DNA from: Akkermansia muciniphila
Lineage (GTDB): Bacteria; Verrucomicrobiota; Verrucomicrobiia; Limisphaerales; SIAT01
DNA length: 64,000 bases
Assembly: GCA_945860945.1 (NCBI GenBank)
Contig: CAMASG010000003.1
Location: 624 to 64,623 of the forward strand
Direction of reading: 5' to 3'
This document shows, one piece after another, positions 52,497-64,000 of this stretch. The position numbers and the translations under genes are program-made. Every line of letters begins with the position of its first letter. Position 1 is the first letter of the stretch. Below the pieces are notes generated by a model. That model did not search any database and had not been told where the DNA came from. It was given only the letters and a program-made list of their open reading frames with translations.

Positions 52497-55400
52497 ATGT
52501 CATCGAAAACTGTTGAGCGGATTAACTTCGGCAAGATCAAGGAACCGATTGCCCCCCCGAACATGATCGAGTTGCAGACCAACTCGTACCGTGATTTTCT
52601 CCAACTCGATACCCCTCCTTCCCGCCGCAAGAACCTCGGCCTGCAGGCCGTGTTCACCGAGGTTTTTCCCATCGAGAGTTACGATGGCAAGACCACGCTT
52701 AATTTTGCCAGCTACGAAATCGGCGCGCCCAAGTTCGACTGGCTCGAATCGATTCGCGAGGATGTGACTTACGGCGCGCCGCTCTATGTGACCTTCCAGC
52801 TCAAGGAGCCGCGTGGCATCAAAGAAGAGAAGGTGTTCATGGGCGAACTGCCGCTGATGACCCCGCAGGGCACGTTCGTCATCAACGGCGCCGAGCGTGT
52901 CATCGTCAGCCAGCTTCACCGTTCGCCCGGTCTCGCTTTCGAGGCCACGCAGCATCCGAACGGCAAGATGCTTCACAGCTTCCGCATTATCCCCGACCGC
53001 GGCTCGTGGTACGAGGCGCAGTTCGACACGAGCGACTTGCTCTACGTGTATCTGGATCGCAAGAAGCGCCGCCGCAAATTTCTCACGACGACCTTGTTCC
53101 GCGCGCTGAGCTTCCTCGACGACGGCAAAGGCACGGACGCTGAGGTCCTCAAACTTTTCTACACCGTCGAAGAGCTCTCCCTCAAGCAGGCTGAGCAACT
53201 CGAGAGCATCCAGAACAAAGTGCTCATCGAGGACGCGGTGGATAAGGAGAAGAACCTCGTCGTCGCTCGCGCTTTCGAGCCGCTTTCCAAGGCTGTGCTC
53301 AAGCAGATCGGGGAGTTGGGCGTGAACAAGATTCGTGTCGTGGACACTTCGGTGGACGACGGCATCATCATCAAGTGCCTCAAGAAAGATCCGACCAAGA
53401 ACGAGGACGAGGCCCTCAAGGATATTTACCGCCGTCTGCGCCCGGGTGATCCGCCGACTGCAGCGAACGCGCGCGCGCTCATCAAGCGTCTCTTCTTTGA
53501 TCCGAAGCGTTACGACCTCGGTCGTGTCGGCCGTTACAAGATCGGCCAGAAGCTCGGTTATCATGACAAGACCGAAGCCCGCGTTCTGACCAAGCAGGAT
53601 CTCGTCGAGGCCACCAAGTATCTGCTCAAGCTCAAAAAGGGCACCGGCAGCGTGGATGACATTGATCACCTCGGCAGCCGCCGCATCCGCACCGTGGGCG
53701 AATTGCTCGCCAACCAGTGCCGTGTCGGCCTCGCCCGCACCGAACGCCTCGTCAAGGAGCGCATGACGCTCTTCGATCAAGAGGTCGATACGATGACGCC
53801 CGCAAAGCTCATCAATCCCAAAGCGCTCTCGGCCGTGGTCCGCGATTTCTTCGGACGCAGCCAGTTGAGCCAGTTCATGGACCAGATTAACCCACTCGCC
53901 GAGCTAACCCACAAACGCCGCTTGTCGGCGCTTGGACCTGGGGGTCTCTCTCGCGACCGTGCCGGCTTCGAAGTCCGCGACGTGCATCCGTCTCACTACG
54001 GCCGCATCTGCCCCATTGAAACGCCGGAAGGCCCGAACATCGGCCTCATCGCATCGCTGGCGACTTTCGCCCGCGTGAACGATTTCGGCTTCATCGAGAC
54101 GCCGTATCGCAAAGTCGAGAAGGGCCGTGTCACGGCGCATATCGATTATCTCACCGGCGATCGCGAAGAGAACTTCACCGTCGCCCAGGCCAATGCGGCC
54201 ATTGATGACAAGGGTAACTTCACGACCGACCGCGTCACCTGCCGCCGCAAGGGCGACTTCGTGGACGTTGATCCGAAGGAAGTGGATTACATGGACGTCT
54301 CGCCGAAGCAGCTCGTTTCCGTGGCTGCCGGTCTGATTCCGTTCCTCGAGCACGATGACGCGAACCGCGCGTTGATGGGCTCAAACATGCAGCGCCAAGC
54401 TGTGCCGTTGCTCATCAGCGAAGCACCGCTCGTCGCCACCGGTCTCGAAGCCCGCGTCGCTCGCGATTCCCGCGCTGTGCTCGTGGCCGATGAGGCTGGC
54501 AAGGTCGCTTCCGTCACCGGCAACCAGATCATCATCACCAAGGACGGCCACCTGCCCGAGGGCAAAAAGAAAATCAAGCACGATCCCGAGAACGACGTGT
54601 GGATCTATCCGGTGCGCAAATTCATGCGTTCCAACGCGGCCACCTGCATCAACCAGAAGATTCTGGTTGCGAAGGGCGACCACGTGAAGAAGGGCCAGAT
54701 CATCGCCGACGGACCCTCCACGCAGGACGGCGAGCTCGCGCTCGGCCGCAACGTGCTCGTCGCGTTCATGCCGTGGAACGGTTACAACTTCGAGGACGCC
54801 ATCCTCATCAGCCAACGTGTGTCGAAGGAAGATATCTTCACCTCGATTCACATCGATGAGTTCGATTGCGGCGCCCGCGATACCAAGCTCGGGCCCGAGG
54901 AAATCACTCGCGACATCCCGAACCTCGGCGAAGAGGCTCTCAAAAACCTCGGACCTGACGGCGTGATTCGCATCGGTGCTGAAGTGAAGCCCGGCGACAT
55001 CCTCGTCGGCAAAATCACCCCGAAGTCGGAGACGGAACTCGCGCCGGAAGAGCGCTTGCTCCGCGCCATCTTCGGCGAGAAAGCCGCCGACGTGAAAGAT
55101 ACGTCGCTCAAGGTTCCCTCCGGCACTTACGGCATCGTGATGGACGTCAAGGTTTCCGCCAAGAAGGAGACCGAGAAAGAGACCAAGTCCTCCGTCGACA
55201 AGAAGCACAAGAAGCACGTTGACGAAGAACACCAGAAGAAGCTCGGCGACTTACAGGAGCAGCTCACTGAAGCTCTCTCGAACATCCTGCTAGGGGAGAA
55301 GATCCCGCTCGACGTCGTGAACAGCGAGTCCGGCGAGGTCATCATCCCCGCCAACCGCAAGATCACCAAGACGCTCCTGCGCAAGCTCGCCAGCGTTTAT

Positions 55401-56330
55401 GACCGCATCGCGATTGATCCTTCGCCGATCCGTAACAAGATCAACGAGATCATCGGCACCTTCAAAAAGAAGTTCGACGAACTTCAAATGCACTACGCCG
55501 AAGAGGTCGAACGCGCCCAGGCCGGCGATGAAGTCGACCCCGGCATCATCAAGCAGGTCAAGGTCTACATCGCCTCCAAGCGCAAGCTCTCGGTCGGCGA
55601 TAAGATGGCCGGCCGCCACGGCAACAAGGGCGTCGTCGCCAAGATCGTTGCTGAGGAAGACATGCCGTTCCTCCCGGACGGCACTCCTGTGGACATCGTG
55701 CTGAACCCGCTCGGCGTGCCTTCGCGCATGAACGTCGGTCAGGTGCTCGAGACTCACCTCGGCTGGGCGGCTAAGCTGCTCGGTCTGCGCTTCGCGACGC
55801 CAGTCTTTGACGGCATCAAGGAGAAGGAAATCCGCGGCTACCTCAAGGAAGCCAAGCTGCCGGAAAACGCCAAAGCCATCCTGCACGACGGCCGTACAGG
55901 CGACGCGTTCGACCAGGAAATCGTCGTCGGCTACATCTATATGATGAAGCTCGGCCACTTGGTTGCGGACAAGATTCACGCCCGCGCCGTCGGTCCGTAC
56001 TCGCTCGTCACGCAGCAACCGCTGGGCGGCAAAGCCCAGTACGGCGGCCAGCGCTTCGGCGAAATGGAAGTGTGGGCGATGCAGGCTTACGGCGCTGCGT
56101 ACACGCTGCAGGAGCTCCTCACCGTCAAGTCCGACGACGTGCAGGGCCGCACCCGCATCTACGAGAGCATCGTCAAGGGCGACAACTCTCTCGAGGCCGG
56201 TGTGCCTGAGTCCTTCAACGTGCTCGTGAAGGAAATGCAATCACTTGGTCTCGATGTGAAGGTCGGCTATGCCGGCCCAGTCGATGGAACCGTCGCTGCT
56301 GCGCCCGAGGCGCACAGTCTGCTCGGCTGA
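52497..56330 (+). CDS. rpoB: DNA-directed RNA polymerase subunit beta
   Basis: 1277 aa. It has [14 protein letters not shown], the [19 protein letters not shown] motif, and overall beta-subunit colinearity. Confidence 0.98.
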   Translation: MSSKTVERINFGKIKEPIAPPNMIELQTNSYRDFLQLDTPPSRRKNLGLQAVFTEVFPIESYDGKTTLNFASYEIGAPKFDWLESIREDVTYGAPLYVTFQLKEPRGIKEEKVFMGELPLMTPQGTFVINGAERVIVSQLHRSPGLAFEATQHPNGKMLHSFRIIPDRGSWYEAQFDTSDLLYVYLDRKKRRRKFLTTTLFRALSFLDDGKGTDAEVLKLFYTVEELSLKQAEQLESIQNKVLIEDAVDKEKNLVVARAFEPLSKAVLKQIGELGVNKIRVVDTSVDDGIIIKCLKKDPTKNEDEALKDIYRRLRPGDPPTAANARALIKRLFFDPKRYDLGRVGRYKIGQKLGYHDKTEARVLTKQDLVEATKYLLKLKKGTGSVDDIDHLGSRRIRTVGELLANQCRVGLARTERLVKERMTLFDQEVDTMTPAKLINPKALSAVVRDFFGRSQLSQFMDQINPLAELTHKRRLSALGPGGLSRDRAGFEVRDVHPSHYGRICPIETPEGPNIGLIASLATFARVNDFGFIETPYRKVEKGRVTAHIDYLTGDREENFTVAQANAAIDDKGNFTTDRVTCRRKGDFVDVDPKEVDYMDVSPKQLVSVAAGLIPFLEHDDANRALMGSNMQRQAVPLLISEAPLVATGLEARVARDSRAVLVADEAGKVASVTGNQIIITKDGHLPEGKKKIKHDPENDVWIYPVRKFMRSNAATCINQKILVAKGDHVKKGQIIADGPSTQDGELALGRNVLVAFMPWNGYNFEDAILISQRVSKEDIFTSIHIDEFDCGARDTKLGPEEITRDIPNLGEEALKNLGPDGVIRIGAEVKPGDILVGKITPKSETELAPEERLLRAIFGEKAADVKDTSLKVPSGTYGIVMDVKVSAKKETEKETKSSVDKKHKKHVDEEHQKKLGDLQEQLTEALSNILLGEKIPLDVVNSESGEVIIPANRKITKTLLRKLASVYDRIAIDPSPIRNKINEIIGTFKKKFDELQMHYAEEVERAQAGDEVDPGIIKQVKVYIASKRKLSVGDKMAGRHGNKGVVAKIVAEEDMPFLPDGTPVDIVLNPLGVPSRMNVGQVLETHLGWAAKLLGLRFATPVFDGIKEKEIRGYLKEAKLPENAKAILHDGRTGDAFDQEIVVGYIYMMKLGHLVADKIHARAVGPYSLVTQQPLGGKAQYGGQRFGEMEVWAMQAYGAAYTLQELLTVKSDDVQGRTRIYESIVKGDNSLEAGVPESFNVLVKEMQSLGLDVKVGYAGPVDGTVAAAPEAHSLLG

Positions 56331-56375
56331 ACTCTGGTCAACTGAACTTTGGTGCTGAACTTGGAATAAAACCAA

Positions 56376-60509
<4,134 letters not shown>

Positions 60510-60548
60510 CAAAAAGCAGATTCGCAGCGAAAAAGTTTTAGAAAATTG

Positions 60549-60576
60549 TTGCCACTGAGAATGCCTTTGTTATTAT
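60549..60576 (+). promoter_or_regulatory. candidate sigma-70 promoter for the rpsL-rpsG-fusA (str) operon
   Basis: TTGCCA, a 16-nt spacer, then TATTAT, in the AT-richer 127-bp rpoC-rpsL spacer. Confidence 0.4.
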
Positions 60577-60636
60577 CCGCGTCCCGTTTGTCGGGAAATG
60601 CAGAAAAGACGGGGCGAATTTAAGGCAAAACGAAAA

Positions 60637-61020
60637 ATGCCGACTATTAATCAACTGGTCCGAAAAGGCCGGAACAAACTGAAGTACAAGTCGAAGGCGC
60701 CCGCGCTGGAGAATGCGCCGTTCCGTCGTGGCGTCTGCTTGCAGGTCATGACCCGCACGCCGAAGAAGCCGAACTCGGCGATGCGTAAGGTCGCCAAGAT
60801 TCGTCTCACGAATGGATACGAGATCATCGCGTACATTCCCGACGAAGGCCACAATCTGCAGGAGCACTCAATCGTGCTCGTGCGCGGCGGCCGCGTGAAA
60901 GATTTGCCCGGCGTCCGTTATCACATCGTGCGCGGCACGCTCGACGCCGCCGGCGTAGAGAAGCGCCGCGTGAGTCGCTCCAAGTACGGCGTGAAACGCC
61001 CGAAGGCGGCTAAGAAGTAA
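60637..61020 (+). CDS. rpsL: 30S ribosomal protein S12
   Basis: ORF 60598..61020; ATG 60637 gives [12 protein letters not shown]. It has [18 protein letters not shown]. Confidence 0.97.
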   Translation: MPTINQLVRKGRNKLKYKSKAPALENAPFRRGVCLQVMTRTPKKPNSAMRKVAKIRLTNGYEIIAYIPDEGHNLQEHSIVLVRGGRVKDLPGVRYHIVRGTLDAAGVEKRRVSRSKYGVKRPKAAKK

Positions 61021-61034
61021 TTTTGAACTGACCT

Positions 61035-61508
61035 ATGTCACGTCGTCGTCAAGCAGTCAAACGTCAGGTCCGGCCAGATGGCAAGTACGCTAGCGTGCTC
61101 GTCGGTCGGCTCATCGGCACGATCATGAAGGGTGGCAAGCGCAGCCTCGCGCAGCGCATCGTGTACGGCTCCTTCGAAACTCTCGCGGAGAAGCATCCCG
61201 GATCCATCCCGCTGGAAATTTTGCAGAAGGCCGTGGACAACGCCAAGCCTCGTCTCGAGGTGAAAGCCCGCCGCGTCGGTGGTGCCACCTATCAGGTGCC
61301 GCTCGAAGTTCCCTCCGACCGTCAGGCCTCGCTCGCGCTTCGCTGGCTCGTGGATTTCGCCGATGCGCGCAAAGGCATTCCGATGAAGGACGCCCTCGCC
61401 GCGGAAATCATGGACGCCTATCAAGGGCAGGGCAACGCGATCCGCAAGCGGGACGAAGTGCATAAGACGGCACAGGCTAACAAGGCATTCGCACATTTCC
61501 GCTGGTAA
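61035..61508 (+). CDS. rpsG: 30S ribosomal protein S7
   Basis: 157 aa with MSRRRQAVKRQVRPD...GGATYQVPLEV...AFAHFRW. Confidence 0.97.
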   Translation: MSRRRQAVKRQVRPDGKYASVLVGRLIGTIMKGGKRSLAQRIVYGSFETLAEKHPGSIPLEILQKAVDNAKPRLEVKARRVGGATYQVPLEVPSDRQASLALRWLVDFADARKGIPMKDALAAEIMDAYQGQGNAIRKRDEVHKTAQANKAFAHFRW

Positions 61509-61529
61509 TAAAACGTTTTAAAGAGAATC

Positions 61530-61559
61530 GCCCCGAGGTCAGTTTGCTCGGGGCCTTTT
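61530..61559 (+). terminator. terminator-like hairpin between rpsG and fusA
   Basis: A perfect 8-bp stem GCCCCGAG / CTCGGGGC with a 9-nt loop, followed by CTTTTA. It may be an internal attenuator of the str operon. Confidence 0.4.
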
Positions 61560-61579
61560 AGTCTAAATTTGAAATTGTA

Positions 61580-63763
61580 ATGGAAGTAGCAGCAACAACT
61601 AAATCGGTGAACTCGCCCAACCGGCAATACACGCTGGAGCGGACGCGGAACATCGGCATTGCTGCGCACATTGACGCCGGCAAGACGACGACCACTGAGC
61701 GTATTCTTTTTTACACCGGCCTCATCCACAAGATCGGCGACGTGGACGACGGCAACACGGTGACCGACTGGATGGAGCAGGAGAGGGAGCGTGGTATTAC
61801 CATCACCTCTGCAGCTGTGACTTGCTACTGGACTCAGAAGCCCGAAGAAGGTCTGTATAAGACCTTCTCTGGTCTCGCCAATCGCATCAACATCATTGAT
61901 ACCCCCGGCCACGTAGATTTCACCGCCGAGGTGGAGCGCTCCATGCGCGTGCTGGACGGCGCGGTCGCAGTGTTCTGCGCCGTGGCGGGTGTGCAACCGC
62001 AGTCCGAGACAGTTTGGCGTCAGGCGACGAAGTATAACGTTCCGCGTATCGCGTTCATCAACAAGATGGACCGCACTGGTGCGAACTTCGATAATGCGCT
62101 TAACGACCTGCGCAAGAAGCTCGGCGCGTATGCATTCCCGATTTTCCTTCCCATCGGTGCCGCGGAGGAATTTTCTGGCGTCGTTGATATCGTGAACCAG
62201 AAGGTCATCGTCTGGGGTCCTGGCGATGTTTCTAACGAAGGTCTCAAGTACGAAATCTCAGAAATTCCGGCCGAGTTGAAAGAAAAGGCCAAGACCGCGC
62301 TCGCTGATTTGATTGACGCCGTCTCCAACAAGGATGACGTGGTTGCCGAGATGATTCTCGAGGAGAAGCCGATTGACATCGTGACCCTCAAGGCCGCCAT
62401 TCGCCGCCTGACCTGCAAGATTGAGTTTATTCCCGTGCTCTGCGGTTCTGCCTTCAAGAAAAAAGGCGTGCAAGTGCTCGTGGACGCAGTCATCGATTAT
62501 CTTCCGTCGCCGCTGGACATTCCCGCCGCGCAGGGGCACGAGCCGGGCGCTGATACCAAGGTGGAAGTCCCGAGCGACGACAACCAGAAGTTCTGCTCGC
62601 TCGCGTTCAAGCTCTGGACCGATCCGTTCGTCGGCAAGCTCGTTTTCTTCCGCGTTTATTCCGGCAAGCTTAAGAAGGGCGACACGATTTACAACCCCCG
62701 CACACGCCGACGCGAGCGCGTGAGTCGCGTCCTGATTATTCAGGGCAGCGAGCGCAAAGACGTGGAGACGACTTACGCCGGCGACATCGCCGCGCTGGTG
62801 GGCCTGCGCAACATCACCACGGGTGACACTCTTTGCGACGAAGATTTCGACGTGATGCTCGAGCCGCCGACCTTCCCCGAGCCGGTTATCTCGATGGCCA
62901 TCGAGCCGAAGACCAAGGGTGACCGCGAGAAGATGTCCGAAGGTCTGCAGCGCTTGGCTGAAGAAGATCCGACTTTCCGCTGCTTCACCAACGAGGATAC
63001 CGGCCAGTTGATCATCGCCGGCATGGGCGAGCTGCACCTCGAGATTATCCGCGACCGTCTTTTCCGCGAGTTCAGCGTTCAAGCGAACGCCGGCGCGCCG
63101 CAGATCGCTTACCGCGAGACGATTACCGCCGAGGCTGAAGGCGAAGGCAAGTTCATCCGCCAATCCGGTGGCCGTGGTCAATATGGCCACGCCTGCGTCA
63201 CCGTCGAACCGAACGAAAAGGGCAAAGGCGTCGAGGTCAAGAACGCCATCGTCGGCGGCGCGATTCCGAAGGAATACGTCCCGGCCGTTATTGACGGCAT
63301 CGAAGAGGCGATCAAGGGCGGCGTGTATGCCGGCTATCAGATGATCGATATCAAGGTTTCCGTTGTGGACGGCTCGTTCCACGAAGTTGACTCGAATGAG
63401 TTGGCGTTCAAGATGGCCGGCATCTTCGCGTTGAAAGACGCGGTGAGGAAAGCCAGTCCCATCCTGCTCGAGCCGATCATGAAGGTCGAGGTCACGACGC
63501 CTGACGAATATCAGGGCGACTTGATGGGCGATCTCAACCGCCGCCGTGGCAAGATTCAAGGTATGGAATCGAAGAACGGTCAGACGATCATCAATTCCGA
63601 GGTGCCGCTGGCCGAGATGTTTGGCTATGCCACCGCGTGCCGCTCCCTCTCTAAGGGGCGTGCCTCCTACTCGATGGAGCCGAAAACATTCGAGCAAGTT
63701 CCTAACGGCGTGTTGAACACCATTCTGGATCTCGCCAAATCGAAACCCGCCGCCCGCACCTAA
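61580..63763 (+). CDS. fusA: elongation factor G
   Basis: 727 aa with [17 protein letters not shown] and NKMDR. Confidence 0.97.
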   Translation: MEVAATTKSVNSPNRQYTLERTRNIGIAAHIDAGKTTTTERILFYTGLIHKIGDVDDGNTVTDWMEQERERGITITSAAVTCYWTQKPEEGLYKTFSGLANRINIIDTPGHVDFTAEVERSMRVLDGAVAVFCAVAGVQPQSETVWRQATKYNVPRIAFINKMDRTGANFDNALNDLRKKLGAYAFPIFLPIGAAEEFSGVVDIVNQKVIVWGPGDVSNEGLKYEISEIPAELKEKAKTALADLIDAVSNKDDVVAEMILEEKPIDIVTLKAAIRRLTCKIEFIPVLCGSAFKKKGVQVLVDAVIDYLPSPLDIPAAQGHEPGADTKVEVPSDDNQKFCSLAFKLWTDPFVGKLVFFRVYSGKLKKGDTIYNPRTRRRERVSRVLIIQGSERKDVETTYAGDIAALVGLRNITTGDTLCDEDFDVMLEPPTFPEPVISMAIEPKTKGDREKMSEGLQRLAEEDPTFRCFTNEDTGQLIIAGMGELHLEIIRDRLFREFSVQANAGAPQIAYRETITAEAEGEGKFIRQSGGRGQYGHACVTVEPNEKGKGVEVKNAIVGGAIPKEYVPAVIDGIEEAIKGGVYAGYQMIDIKVSVVDGSFHEVDSNELAFKMAGIFALKDAVRKASPILLEPIMKVEVTTPDEYQGDLMGDLNRRRGKIQGMESKNGQTIINSEVPLAEMFGYATACRSLSKGRASYSMEPKTFEQVPNGVLNTILDLAKSKPAART

Positions 63764-63784
63764 ACACACTAATCCCTTTTTGAT

Positions 63785-64000
63785 ATGGCAGCACAACGCA
63801 TTCGCATCCGTTTGAAAGCTTACGACCACCGCGTGGTGGATCAGTCGGTCCGTGACATCGTGGATACCGTGGTTCGTACCGGCGCCCGTGTGGCCGGTCC
63901 GATTCCGCTGCCCACCAAGACCGAGCGCTACACCGTGCAGCGTTCGCCGCACTGCGACAAGAAATCGCAGGAAACATTTGAGCAGCGCACGCACAAGCGT
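63785..64000 (+). CDS. rpsJ: 30S ribosomal protein S10 (3' end beyond the window)
   Basis: Not in the ORF track because it runs off the right edge. Reading from ATG 63785 gives [45 protein letters not shown], the S10 N-terminus. Confidence 0.9.
   Translation, partial: MAAQRIRIRLKAYDHRVVDQSVRDIVDTVVRTGARVAGPIPLPTKTERYTVQRSPHCDKKSQETFEQRTHKR

Overview
GC-rich bacterial chromosomal segment. The gene content suggests a PVC-group, Verrucomicrobia-like organism: a PVC-type membrane-bound dehydrogenase domain, many secreted PQQ-like beta-propellers, Sel1 proteins and a chlamydial-type permease-repressor fusion. This taxonomic call is inference only. About 60% of the window is ordinary housekeeping. 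That part covers cbiX-tyrA-aroA-cmk, pyrD, glnB, dnaA, ygfZ, nadA, mutY and rnhC. It also holds the classical tRNA-Thr/tuf/tRNA-Trp/tRNA-Ser/secE/nusG/rplKAJL/rpoBC/rpsLG/fusA/rpsJ block at 47.6-64 kb. Four regions look accessory or unusual. (1) At 33.9-45.3 kb, a 2507-aa envelope protein is visibly a fusion of two paralogous modules. These are joined by a polytopic membrane, disordered and MORN-repeat hinge. The gene is followed by two Sel1 genes and faces a divergent ECF sigma plus membrane anti-sigma-like pair. This is my best candidate for an undescribed system. (2) At 4.1-12.9 kb, a MarR gene sits divergent to a six-gene operon. The operon couples two secreted beta-propeller proteins to an adenylating enzyme, a Glu-less ALDH-fold enzyme and an Fe-ADH, which reads as split LuxE/LuxC-like carboxylate reduction. 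(3) At 27.4-32.8 kb, a metal ABC uptake operon has one permease fused to a complete DtxR-like repressor (YtgC-YtgR-like). It also has a candidate 19-bp operator, an embedded outer-membrane barrel and a 159-bp palindromic repeat element. (4) At 2.9-4.1 kb, a low-GC islet encodes a secreted HEATH-motif protein. I saw no rRNA, CRISPR array, transposase, integrase or prophage genes. The many long antisense shadow ORFs in the track are artefacts of the high GC content.
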